Assembly (NCBI RefSeq): GCF_963921235.1
Contig: NC_086108.1
Span: forward strand, 81,160,001-81,224,000
Source: Mobula hypostoma
Lineage: Eukaryota
Direction: 5' to 3'
Length of the DNA stretch: 64,000 bases
Made by a program: the position numbers and the translations under genes. The notes below the pieces were generated by a model that made no database searches, was not told where the DNA came from, and saw only the letters and a list, made by a program, of their open reading frames with translations. This document shows, piece after piece, positions 51,850 through 64,000 of this stretch (the first letter of the stretch is position 1; every line of letters begins with the position of its first letter).

Positions 51850-52959
51850 AATGATACGTGGATAGAGCGTTGGCTGATTGGCAGGAAACAGAAAGTGGGA
51901 ATAAAGGGATCCTATTCTGGTTGGCTGCCGGTTACCAGTGGTGTTCCACAGGGATCAGTGTTGGGGCCGCTTCTTTTTACATTGTACATCAACCATTTGG
52001 ATTATGGAATAGATGGCTTTGTGGCTAAGTTTGCTGACAATACGAAGATAGGTGGAGGGGCCGGTAGTGCTGAGGAAACGGAGAGTCTGCAGAGAGACTT
52101 GGATAGATTGGAAGAATGGGCAGAGAAGTGGCAAATGAAGTACAATGTTGGAAAGTGTATGGTTATGCACTTTGGCAGAAATAATAAACGGGCAGACTAT
52201 TATTTAAATGGGGAAAGAATTCAAAGTTCTGAGATGCAACGGGACTTGGGAGTCCTCATATAGGATACCCTTAAAGTTAACCTCCAGGTTGAGTCAGTAG
52301 TGAAGAAGGCGAATGCAATGTTGGCATTCATTTCTAGAGGAATAGAGTATAGGAGCAGGGATGTGATGTTGAGGCTGTATAAGGTGCTGGTGAGACCTCA
52401 CTTGGAGTACTGTGGGCAGTTTTGGTCTCCTTATTTAAGAAAGGATGTGCTGATGTTGGAGAGGGTACAGAGAAGATTCACTAGAATGATTCCGGGAATG
52501 AGAGGGTTAACATATGAGGAACGTTTGTCCGCTCTTGGACTGTGTTCCTTGGAATTTAGAAGAATGAGGGGAGACTGCATAGAAACATTTTGAATGTTAA
52601 AAGGCATGGACCGAGTGGATGTGGCAAAGTTGTTTCCCATGATGAGGGAGTCTAGTACAAGAGGGCATGACTTAAGGATTGAAGGGCGCCCATTCAGAAC
52701 AGAAAGGCGAAGACATATTTTTAGTCAGAGGGTGGTGAATCTATGGAATTTGTTGCCACGGGCAGCAGTGGAGGCAAAGTCATTTGGTGTATTTAAGGCA
52801 GAGATTGATAGGTATCTGAGTAGCCAAGGCATCAAAGGTTATGGTGAGAAGGCGGGGGAGTGGGACTAAATAGGAGAATGGATCAGCTCATGATAAGATG
52901 GCGGAGCAGACTCGATGGGCCGAATGGCCCACTTCTGCTCCTTTGTCTTATGGTCTTAT
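51850..52959 (+). mobile_element. Young CR1 3' kilobase
   Basis: [49 protein letters not shown] tail. Confidence 0.95.
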
Positions 52960-53759
52960 AACAGAAAGTATAGCTGAAACCTTGCGACACTAACAATTTG
53001 TGAGTGGATTTGAAACTTTTTGCTCCTATTTTGCTTTACACCTCAATTGCCTTGTATTAGTTCTTCTATAAACCTTAGGCGCCCTTCATGATCGTTGCTG
53101 AATATTTGGTCTCTCTGCTTCAATCTTTTTGCAAATTCATTATGAGTTGAATTTTTGACTCCATATTCTATGCTTCACTCAGACAGGTTGACCACCCTGA
53201 GCCTCAGTCTGTCTGCTTCTGACATATTCACTCCTTTGAACATCCCCAAAGTTGTCATAGTCGCATCCCAACCAGAGTGATGTGCAAACTCCGGTCTAAT
53301 TTAAGCTTTCCTGCAGTTATCCTTTTCCACTCCAACATCATTTAGACTTCCCTAACCTATATTGGCTCCACATCACCCCAGTGGCTCTAACTTAAGCCTC
53401 TCAGTTTTGACCTTGCCCCTCACTATCTCCATAAACTCATCCCTTCTTACAAGCCAACTCCTTGATTTCTTCAGAATTTTTTTCTAAAAGCTCATTTATC
53501 ATATTATGCTTTTGCAGTACCTTCTTCTATTTTAAAGATGAAGCGTAAATGCAAGATATTGCTGTTTTCAGTCTTGTTTGAGATTGATTCTTATCCTTTG
53601 GCTTCACAGTTCTAAATGCAGAGCTACTTACATTTCTGAGGGCTCAAACAATGTCTTGCAGATCTTCCACTTCCATCTAAATGTCCATCCATTAGCTATG
53701 TCATTATTGATCATCCAAACAGCATCAAGACATTCATTCCTAATTTACCTTTACAAATA

Positions 53760-54350
53760 AGAACGCACGCAATAGAATAAGAGCAGGAGTAGGCCACCTG
53801 GTCCTCATGTCCGTTTTGATATAATCAATGCTGATCAGCCCCACGGCTCAACCCCCTTTTCTGTGCCAATTCCTGATAGTTTTCAGATTCCCCCGTCTTT
53901 CAAAAATGTATCTACCACCTCATTTTCACTAATCCAGCTCAACAACCCAAGGGAGTAGGAACTACAGAGGTCCATCACTTTCTGAGAGAACAAACTCCAG
54001 TGCAGGTCAGTTTTAAATGAAGCCTCCTTCCCTTGTAATTGTCCTTTCATTTGAGACTTGCAATGGGTGGAAACATCTCAACATCTACTCTTCACACCTC
54101 CACCAGATCTTATGTTTAATAAGATCACTCCTCATTCTTTTAAATTTCAAGTAAGATAGATACAATTCTTTTGGCTATTTCTGATGGGACTATTAACAGC
54201 CCCATAAACACCCATTACAACAGCAACAATACTATAAGTTCAATACCTTTGAAATAAAGGCTGATATGCAGGTTGCTTTCCTAATTATTGCTGTACCTAT
54301 GTGCTGACTTTTGGTGCTCCATATACAAGAACACCTGGTTCTATCTGTAT
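53760..54350 (-). mobile_element. Older CR1 3' end
   Basis: Reverse CR1 tail AATAAGAGCAGGAGTAGGCCA... Confidence 0.7.
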
Positions 54351-54554
54351 GCCTTTCATTTCAAAACTGACGAGGCTTGTAGCTCACATAGTCAAGATGA
54401 ACCACAATACGTTCCACCTGTGTTTCAGCTACAATACATTGCTGCCTAGCTACCTTTGATCTGCTTAATTAATTTGTTTAGATTTAATTAATTTAAACAT
54501 ATTACTCCTTAGCTGTATAAATGTTCACTGATTTAAATCAGCTGGCCTTTCATA

Positions 54555-56270
54555 GAGTATTAGAGAAGTACAGCACAGAAACTAGCCCTTCAGCCCATCT
54601 AGGCCATGCCAAAACTATTTAAAGTGCCTATTCACATTGACCTGCACAGGAACCATAGATCTCCTATCCCTACTACCCACGTACCTATCCAAACCTCCAT
54701 TAAATGTTGAAATGAAACTCTCATACACCACTTACACTGGCAGCTCATTCCACACCCTCACAACCCTCTGTGAGAAGAAGTCTCCCCTCATTTTCCCTTA
54801 AACTTCTCACATTTCACACATAAGCTGTGACCTCTGGTTGTTGTCCCACCCAGCTTCAGTAGAAAAGCCTGCTTGCATCTACCCTCATAATTTTGTGTTC
54901 CTCTATCAAATCTCCTCTCAATTTTCTGCATTCTAAAGAATACAGTCCTAGCCTATTTAACTTTTCCTTGTAACTCAGGTCCTCCAGACCTGGCAACATC
55001 CTTGTAAATTTTCTCTGTACTCCTTCAATCTTATTTATACTTTTCCTGTAAGTAAGTGACCAAAACTGCACACAATACTTCCAATTAGGCCTCACCAATA
55101 TCTTGTATAACTTCGACATAACATCCCATCTCCTGTACTCAATACATTGATTTATGAAGGCCAATGTACCAAAAGCTTTCTTCACGGCCCTATCTACCTG
55201 TGACGCCACTTTCAATGGGTTATGTACCTGTATTCCCAGATCCCCTTGTTCTGCCACACTCCTTAATACCCGACCATTAATGAGACCATAAGACCATATG
55301 ACATAGGACCAGAATTAGGCCATCTGGCCCGTCGAGTCTGCTCCACCATTCAATCATGGCTGATCCTTTTTTTAATCTCCTCCTGAACCCCAGTTCCCGG
55401 CCTTCTCCCCATAACCTTTGGTGCCATGTCCAATCAAGAACCAATCAATCTCTGCCTTAAATACATCCAACGACCTGCCCTCCACAGCTGCATGTGGCAA
55501 CAAATACACTACCCTTTGGCTAAAAAAATTTCTTTACATCTCTGTTTTGAAAGGGCGCCGCTCTATTCTGAGGCTCTGTCCTCTTTCCCAGACTCTCCCA
55601 CCACGGGGAACGTGGGAAACATTTCACTGTGTAAGATCTACCCTGGATGGTCCTACCAAAGTGCAAAACCTTGCATTTGTCTGCATTAAATTCCATCGGC
55701 CATGTTTTGGTCCATTTTTCCAGCTGCTGCAGATCCCTCTGCAAACCCTGATAGTTTTCCTCATTGTCCGCTACATCCCTGATCTTGATGTCATCCACAA
55801 ATTTCTGATCTAGTTAAACACACAATCATCCAGATCATTAATATAGATGGCAAACAATAATTGACCCAGCACCAATCCCTGCGGCACATCACTAGTCACA
55901 GGACTCCAATAAGAGAGCCAGCCCTCTACTACCACCCTCTGGCTTCTCCCACAAAGCCGATGTCTAATCCAATCTACTAGCTCATCCTGAAGGCTGGGTG
56001 ACTGAACCTTCTTCACCAGCCTCCCATGTGGGATCTTATTAAACATCCACTGCCTTGTTTTCATCCACCTTCCTGGTGACTTCCTCAAAAAACTCTATAA
56101 GATTGGTTAGACATGACCTTCCTTGCACAAAAGCATGCTGATTATCGTTAATCAGTCCATACTTATATGTCTGGTCCCTTAGAATACCTTCCAATAACTT
56201 TTCTACAACTATAATTTCCCGGTTTCTGTTTGGAGCCTTTTTAAACAGCGGAACAACAGTACACACTGGG
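54555..56270 (-). mobile_element. CR1 with a nested younger CR1 tail (about 55282-55617)
   Basis: GRSCLTNLIEFFEEVT, VTSDVPQG, YKILVRPN motifs; nested GACCATAAGACCATA tail. Confidence 0.92.
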
Positions 56271-57349
56271 AAGAAATTCTAGCCAATTCCCCACCCACTG
56301 TCTTGTGATACCACACTTCAGATTTTCTTATTAACATTGGTTCTGTGTCCCCCTTCTTGATTTCTTCCATGTTAAATTTTGGGAAAATAGGAGCTGAGCC
56401 CTTGTCTCCGTCACATCCAGAAACCAGTGGATTGCCCTCATTCGCAGTATATCTGGAGTAACGCAGACTTTACCTCTTTTGTTGTTACACCATCAGCAAG
56501 GGGAAACAAGAGGGAGTAAGGTTGAAAGCAGAGGAAGACCATTGAATTAGAAGTGACATATTCAAGTTTCTGTACAATTTAAATTTTACTTGGACTTTAA
56601 TCTCTGCTCTGCATGGTAGAAGAATCAGCCAGTCATCTGCAATAAATAATATTTACTTACACAGAATAACCATGGTAAAAAAAGACATTTTATTTCCAGC
56701 ATAAAAAAGGACAGATTTTATTTCCAAAATAATCTAGCCAAGCTTTGCAACTAATATTCTGGAGACTTGAATTATCCATTGAAAAATTTACAGAAAACAT
56801 TATGCATCATTTTACTGCAATAATGGTTGGATTTTTTTTTATTAACTACAGGGACTAGAGTTCAGCATTGGATGTTAAGCTCCTGATGTGCTGAAAGCAG
56901 GGGGCACGTGTGAAGGAAGTCCTGAAAAGGTTGCAACCTGAACATCAGTGTCTTTCTATCTCAGTCCTTTGGCCAGTCAACAAGGGACTCTGTGAAGCAA
57001 GTTAAAGGGCATTCCCAAAACTCAGTTTGCTGGATTTTGGAGCAAGTGTAAAGATTTGACAGAACGAAACTTGAATGTTCAATGTCTGTCCACTTCAGTG
57101 ATGATGTTGGAATCTGTAAAGACACTCGGGAAAGTTTGGCAGTGAAATAAAGAAGTTGTGGCTAGAGATTGATGGCAATATCAGCAGCAGATGGATGGTG
57201 GTACTCTCATTGATTTAATGGTGAAAGTGTTTCGCAATGTAAGCAGAGCAGGTAAGGAAAGTACTGAGGCTAGCTACATCCTGCTGTGTGAGTCACGCCA
57301 ACTCTCTAATGTCCACATCTCCTACATGCCTGGCATGTCATTCCTCATA

Positions 57350-57590
57350 CAGTAGTGTAGCAGTTAGCATAACACTTTGCAGTGCCAGTGATCTACGTTC
57401 CATTCTTGCCACTGTCTGCAAGGAGTTTGCATGTTCGCCCATGACCATGTAGATTTCCTCAGGGTGCTCTGGTTTCCTCCCACATTCCAAAGAGATATGG
57501 GTTAGTAGGTTAATGGCATATGTGGGTGTACTTGGGCAGCACAGCCTCACTGGGCTGGAAGAGCCTGTTATGGTGCTGTATTTCTAAATA
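57350..57590 (+). mobile_element. V-SINE/HE1-type SINE
   Basis: GGAGTTTGCATGTTC..CCATG..GATTTCCTCAGGGTGCTCTGGTTTCCTCCCACA V-domain; A-rich tail. Confidence 0.8.
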
Positions 57591-58809
57591 AAAAATAAAA
57601 AAGTCGTCCTATCCTTCTTTCTCCAGGCGCACATCCACATCTGCCTATCGATCACTGATGCTCATCCTTGAAGCTGTGCTGTGCCATTCCTTGCTTCTCT
57701 GGCCACACTCAAACATCTGATCATCATGTGCCATTGCTCAGGCTCCTGCGTCCCTTCTATTCCTCCTTGCAGAGGTAGAGAGCACAGCACAGGAGCAGCA
57801 GCAATAAACTGGGAACAGCTATGACAATGCACAAAGGTGTGGGTGGCAGATAGTTTGCCTGCTGGCTCACACGCCGGGAACTGACAGTAGATCATTTGTT
57901 TCAGACGGTACCAAATGTTCCTCTGGATGCAGGTGCTATATATCTAGAATAATTGTAGAGCAGCAAGAAAGACCATGTGATTTCTATCACACTATGCAAA
58001 CTAAAAGATAAATTGAGGGAAATCTGTCTCAAGAAGGAGTGGGCTGTTGTCAGGCCTTTGCATTGATGTCTTCATCTTGGATTGAATAGCCAAAGGCAAG
58101 GATAATCAAAAGTGCCATTCAGCCTTTCATACTGTGATGGAACTGGGTTCCCTGAACACAAACACCTAAACTAAAAAAGAAAGATTTTAAGCTCTATTCA
58201 ATATAGGTATCTATGGGTATTATCGCTATAGGGAGGTTATACTGTATCCACCTGCTCTTCAATGACTAGCTTACCTTTCTGTCCAGTCTCTACGGCACAG
58301 TCCAGCTGCCAATACCCATTGCTTGAGAGGTTGGTCCCCTCTCCCTACCAAGGAGGAGATAGTTTCAGCTAAGGAAGTAGTTTAAACATAATTTATTTTA
58401 AATTTAAAGATACACCGTTAAACTTGGACTAATAGTTCTTAGCACTCACTTAACACGCACAGCAGATTTCTGATTTATAAAAGATTTTCGAATTACAAAA
58501 TATTTACAAACTAGGAAGGATTTCCAAACACAGGTACATAGAACATAGAATAGTACAGCACAGTACAGGCCCTTCGGCCCACATTGTTGTGCTGACCCTC
58601 AAACCCTGCCTCCCACATAACCCCCCAGCTTAAATACCTTTCTCATAAACTAAAAGAATATACCAATAAATTGCAGCTGAATGAGTCATCCGTCACAGAA
58701 ACTGAAGGGTGCGGAATGAATTCTAGTTTTTCTTTCTGTCACTGCCCCACTTTCTATCAGTCTCGTTGTCGTTCCTAACAATCCCCATGACTTGTTAGGG
58801 AAAGTGAAG

Positions 58810-61800
58810 CAGTGGTAGACAGGAGGTACAGGGAGGCAGTCACCTCAAGGCTACAGGGGACAGATAAATAGGCGACTGTCAGGAGAGGGAAGGAAGAACA
58901 TCAGATATTGGAGAGCACCCCTGTGGCTGTCCCCCTCAACAGTAAGTACTCCTGTTTGAGTACTGCTGGGGGGGGGGGTGGACATCCTACCTGGGGGAAG
59001 CAACAGTGGCAGCGCCTCAGGCACTGAGTCTGATCTTATGGCTCTGAAGGGTAGGGAACAGAAGAGGATGGCAGCAGTAACGGGGGACTCTGTAGTCAGG
59101 GGGACAGATAGGTGATTCTGTGGACGCAAAAAGGAAACATGGATGGTAGTTTGCCTCTCAGGTGCCAGGGTCTGAGATGTTTCTGGCCACATCCACAATA
59201 TCATCCAAGTTGTTTTTGGATGTGTCCACAACATCTGGAAAAGGGAGGGTGAGCAGCCGGAGGTCGTGGTACATAATGGTACCTACCACATAGGAAGACA
59301 AAGGGAGGGGTTCCTGAAAAAAAAATACAGGGAGTTAGGAAGGAAGCTGAGAAACAGGGCCTCAAAGGTAGTAATCTTGGGATTGTGGCCTGAGCCATGC
59401 AACCGTGAGGATAGGAACAGAATAAAGGTGGCAGGTAAATGCGTAGCTGAAAACTGGAGCAGGGGGCAAGGATTCAGATTTCTGGATAATTGGAATCTCT
59501 TCTGGGGCAGGTGGGACCTGTACAAAAGGGACGGGCTGCACTTGAATCCAAAAGAGTCCGATTTTCTTGCAGGCGGGTTTGCTAGAAATTTTGGGAGTGG
59601 TTTAAACTATTATGGCAGGGGGATGGGAACCAGGATGATAGAGTTGAGGATGAGGCAGTGGGTTTACAAGTAGATGATGGGTGTAACATGAATGCAAGGA
59701 AGGAAATGCCAATGATTGGGTACAAATGCAGACAGAGTAAAGAGTTAAATTGTATCACAAAGGCAAAGAATGCAAGACTAAGGTACTGTATTTAAATGCA
59801 CGTAGCATTTGGAATAAGTTGGACGAACTTGTGGTGCAATTAGAGATTGGTCAGTATGATATTATGGGCATCACTGACTCATGGCTGAGAAAAGGCCGTA
59901 GTTGGGAGTTTAACATCAAAGGATATACTTTGTATAGGAAGGACAGGCAGGAAGGCATAGGCGGTGGTGTGGCTCTGTTGGTAAGAGATGGAATTACATC
60001 TTTAGAGAGAGATGACATAGGATCAGAGAATGTTGAACTTTTGTGGGCGGACTTAAGAAACTGCAAGAGTGAAAAAAACATGGGAATCATATATGGGCCT
60101 CCAAATAGTAAATAGCTAAGATGTGGGGTTGAGATTGCAAAGGAAACTGGAAAAGGCATGGAACAAATGTAATGATACAATTGTAATGGGGAACTTCAAT
60201 ATGCAAGGACATTGGGAAAATCAGGTTGGTATCAGATCGCAAGAGAGGGAATTTGTTGAATGTTTAAGAGATAGCTTTTTAGAGCAGCTTGTGTTTGAGA
60301 CTACTCAGGGAAAGGCTATCTTAGATTGGGAGTTGTGTATCTTATTAGAGAGCTTAATGTAAAGGAACCCTTAGGAGCCAGCGATCATAATATGAATGAA
60401 TTCATACTACAATGAATGGAGAAGCATACAGTCACATGTATCAGTATTGCAATGGAATGAAGGGATTTACAGAGGCATGAGAGAGGAGCTGGCCCAGGTG
60501 GATTGGAGGAGGATACTGGTGAGGATGATGGCAGAGCAGAGATGGCTGAAGTTTCTGGGAATAGTTCACAACTTTCAGGATAGATATATCCCACAGTAGA
60601 AGAAGTTCTCAAATGGCAGGGGTAGGCAACCGTGGCTGACAAAGGAAGTTAAGGACTGCATAAAAGCCAAGGAAAGGGCATAAGGTAGCAAAAGTGAGTG
60701 GGAAGTTGGATGATTGGGTAATTTTTAAAATCCAACAAAAGGCAACTAATAAAGCTGTGAGAAAGGTAAAGATGAAATATGAGGGCAGACTAGCTAATAA
60801 TATAAAGTAGGATACCAAAAGTTTTTCACTTATATAAAGAGTGAAAGGGAAGTGAGAGTTGATATTGGACCACTAGAAAATGATGCTAGTGAGGTAGTAA
60901 TGGGGGACAAAGAAATGGCAGATGAACTTAATTGGTACTTTGCATCTGTTTTCACTGAAAACAGACTGGAAGACACTAGCAGTGTGCCAGAGGTCCATGA
61001 ATGTCAGGGAGCAGGAACGAGTACCATTACAAAGGAAAAAGTGCTAAGCAAACTGAAAGGTCTTAAAGTGGATAAGTCACCTGGACCAGATGGACTACAT
61101 CCTATATTCCCGAGAGAGGTTGCTGAAGAGATTAAGGATGATCTTTCAAGAATCACTTGATTCTGGCATGGTCCTAGAGGACTGGAAGATTGCAAATATC
61201 ACTCCACTCTTTAAGAAAGAAGGAAGGCAAAAAAAGAAAATTATAGGCCAGTTAGCCTACTGATTGGGAAAGTGTTGGAGTCTATCATTAAGGATGAGAT
61301 TTCGAAGTATTTGGAGACTAATGATAAAATAAGTCAAAGTCCGCATGGCTTCTGTAAAGGGAAATCTTGCCTGACAAATCTGTTAGAGTTCTTCAAGGAA
61401 GTAACAAGCAGGGTGGACAAAGGAGAGGCAGTGGATGTCATTTACTTGGATATTCAGAAGGTGTTTGTTAAGGTGCCACACATGAGCCTGCTTAATAAGA
61501 TAAAATCCTATGGTGTTTTACTGGCATGGATAGGGGAATGGCTGACAGGCAGGAGGCAGCGAATGGGAATATAAGGCCCTTTCTGGTTGGCTGCCTGTGA
61601 CTAGTGGTGTCCTTCAGGGGTCAGTATTGGGACCACTACTTTTCACATTGTTTGTCAATGAATTGGATAATTGTCTTGATAGCTTTGTGGATGATACAAA
61701 GCTAGCTGGAGGGGCACTGCAGAAGCAATGTGATTGTAGCAGGACATAGACAAATTGGAAATGTGGGCAAAAAAGTGGCAGATGGAATACAGTGTTGGGA

Positions 61801-62596
61801 AATGTATGATAATGTATTTTAGCAAAAGGAACAATAGTGTGGACTATTATCTATATGGGGAGAGGGTTCAAACATCAGGGGTGCAGAGAGACTTAGGAGT
61901 CCCTGTGCAAGACTCCCAGAAGGTTAATTTACAGGTTGAGTCTGTGGTAAAGAAGGCAAATGCAATGCTGACATTTATTTCAAGGGGAATAGAATATAAA
62001 AGCAAGGAGATAATGCTGAGGCTTTATAAGACACTAGTCAGACTGCACTTGCAGTATAGTCAACAGTTTTGAGCCCTTATCTCAGAAAGGATGTGTTGTC
62101 ATTGGACAGAGTCTAGAGGATGTTCGCGAGGATGACTCCAAGAATAAAGGGGTTAACATATGAGTGTTTGGCAGCTTTGGGCCTGTACTTACTGGAATCT
62201 AGAAGAAAGTGGGAGGGGGAATCTCATTGAAAGCTACCCAATGTTGAAAGGACTAAATAGGGTGGATGTGGAGAGGATGTTTCCTATGGTGGGTGTCCAA
62301 AACTGGAAGGCACAGCCTCAAAACTGAGATGCAACCCTTTATAATAGAAGTAAGAAGAAAAGAATAGTAAATCTGTGGAATGCTCTGCCACAGACTGCAG
62401 TGGAGGCCAAGTCGGTGGGTATATTTAAGGTGGAAGCTGATCATTTCCTAATTGTTCAGGGCATCAAATGGTATGGTGAGAAGTCAGGTGAATGAGGTTG
62501 AGTGGGATCCAAGGTCAAACATGATGGAATGGTGGAGCAGACTCGACAGGATGAACAGCCTAATTTGGCTCCTATGTCTTTTGGTCTGATGGTCTT
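58810..62596 (+). mobile_element. Near-full-length decayed CR1 LINE (ORF1 SGNH esterase, ORF2 APE endonuclease and RT)
   Basis: ORF1 GDSVVRG, HNGTYHIGR, YKRDGLHLN; ORF2 LYLNARSI, GITDSWL, MGNFN, KSPGPDGLHP, GKSCLTNLLEFF; TGGTCT tail. Confidence 0.95.
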
Positions 62597-63314
62597 AACA
62601 TTTATACTGTTTTTTTTTGTTAAATGGCATGATCTGCATGTGATATTTTCCAGATACCTTTTCTGGGAGAAAGGAAGTTACACAGATGGCCTAAGAGCTT
62701 CTGAGGACAATGGTGCAAATAACTTAGCTGTATTTGTCTGGTTTAATGTATGCCAATTAACATAGCCCCGTTGTCTTGCACTTGACTAATGCAGGTAAGA
62801 AGTCTCATGGTCACTTCAGTTTGCAAACCGCATTTCTTAGCAGCCAGCACAAGTGTCTTTTTAACTTCAAACAGATTTTTGCCTGCAATTTATATTAATA
62901 ACTGAAGAGAGTTCTTGTTTACTGCAAGAAGTTGAGCAAGGAATATTTGTTAAAAGTTTAACTTATCACTCAAACTCTGACCCTTTGGAAAGCTCAGTCT
63001 GCTGTAGTAGAAAGCTGAGGTTAGCAATAAGCCTCTCTGGACTTGGAAAGCGAACATCCATCACAAGAGCACCCTCCACTCACAGGAAGCCGACGAGGGA
63101 AACATGCCTCAGTGGCAGCCTATTCTGACTGGAGTCATCATTGCTGTTCTGGCAAACAAGCATTATTGCCTTACCCTAATTGACGACCGCGACATCTTTC
63201 TTGCGTCTCCAGCATACCTGTGGTCATCTCCAGACCAGAGAACCCTGAGCCTGGTGGTGATTCTGGCAGCCGCTGATAAAATATGGGCATCAGATTCAAG
63301 AGGCAATGGACTTT

Positions 63315-63420
63315 AGATCAGGATGAAGGGTCATGGGCTTGAAACGTTATGTCTGTTTCTCCGTCAACAGATATTGCCTGGCCTGCTGAGTATTCTTATC
63401 ATTTTCTGTTTTTGATTCAG
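63315..63420 (+). mobile_element. Old single Penelope terminal arm with decayed hammerhead
   Basis: GGATGAAGGGTCATGGGCTTGAAACGTT...GCCTGGCCTGCTGAG. Confidence 0.65.
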
Positions 63421-64000
63421 GAATCCTTTTCTTGCTGAAGTGAGATCAAAGGATTCCAAATACTATTTAGCAGTTTTCCTAATCCTGTCCTGAGTGCCTA
63501 TAATTTGTGTTAAAAAAATTAAAGGACTGGCTGAAGGTCTGCACAGTGTGGACGTGGAGCTTCCCTTACTCCAGTATCACTTCTCTGAGCGCATGTGAAG
63601 AACATGAGTTAGTGTTTTCTCACTTTAATGTCCGGAAAAGTAACCCACAAGGACAATTAGGGAAAGGCAATAATGCCTCATTTGCCAGACAAGCAACGAT
63701 GACCCTAGTCAGAGTGAGCTGCTGCTTAGGCGTATTTATCTGGTTGGCCTCACTTGGTGAAAAGTTCAGAGCCAGTTCTTATTTGCAATACAATACTACC
63801 TGTAATACAGTAAAACTGCGAAAGAAAGGAAAATAGACCAGGGTAAAGTCACTTGCTTCCCTTACACATGTTGCACCATTTGATAACATCCCAATGAATG
63901 GAGATTAAGATTGCAAACTGGAATGGAAATGGCCTTTGAAACTTTAGGCATGATACTGTGAGTTTAATTAGTTTCATCTGAGACTGCTCAGACATGGAAT

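Noticed and set aside
63040..63310. CpG-containing segment with donor-like sites on the minus strand
   Set aside because: No supported reading frame or exon structure from sequence alone.

Overview
Repeat-dense vertebrate genomic DNA. The repeat set (CR1 with esterase ORF1, Rex1/Babar, Penelope-like elements, V-SINE/HE1-type SINEs, Tc1/mariner, PNMA-type Gypsy) points to a cartilaginous fish, probably a ray; this is inference. No intact long protein-coding gene is visible. Nearly all ORFs in the track are decayed transposon fragments or spurious. One candidate host exon lies at the window edge (2-223, ending in GTAAGT), with possible phase-0 terminal exons downstream. Main elements: a solo LTR (585-1272); a full-length IR/DR Tc1 transposon and a 2-kb Penelope insertion, both probably nested in a small solo LTR (13432-17274); two mariner-derived modular MITEs; a degenerate Gypsy provirus with PNMA-like gag, tRNA-Pro PBS and a captured CR1 fragment (37794-43048); an L1 3' end with TSD; and a near-full-length CR1 (58810-62596). 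The most striking signal is a family of Penelope-derived insertions. Most carry a minimal hammerhead-ribozyme motif (consensus CAGTC-CTGATGA-A-GGG-tctcgg-CCC-GAAA-CG-TC-GACTG). They insert as fold-back palindromes of two element 3' ends, 0.1-2 kb long, and five have clear 13-17 bp TSDs.
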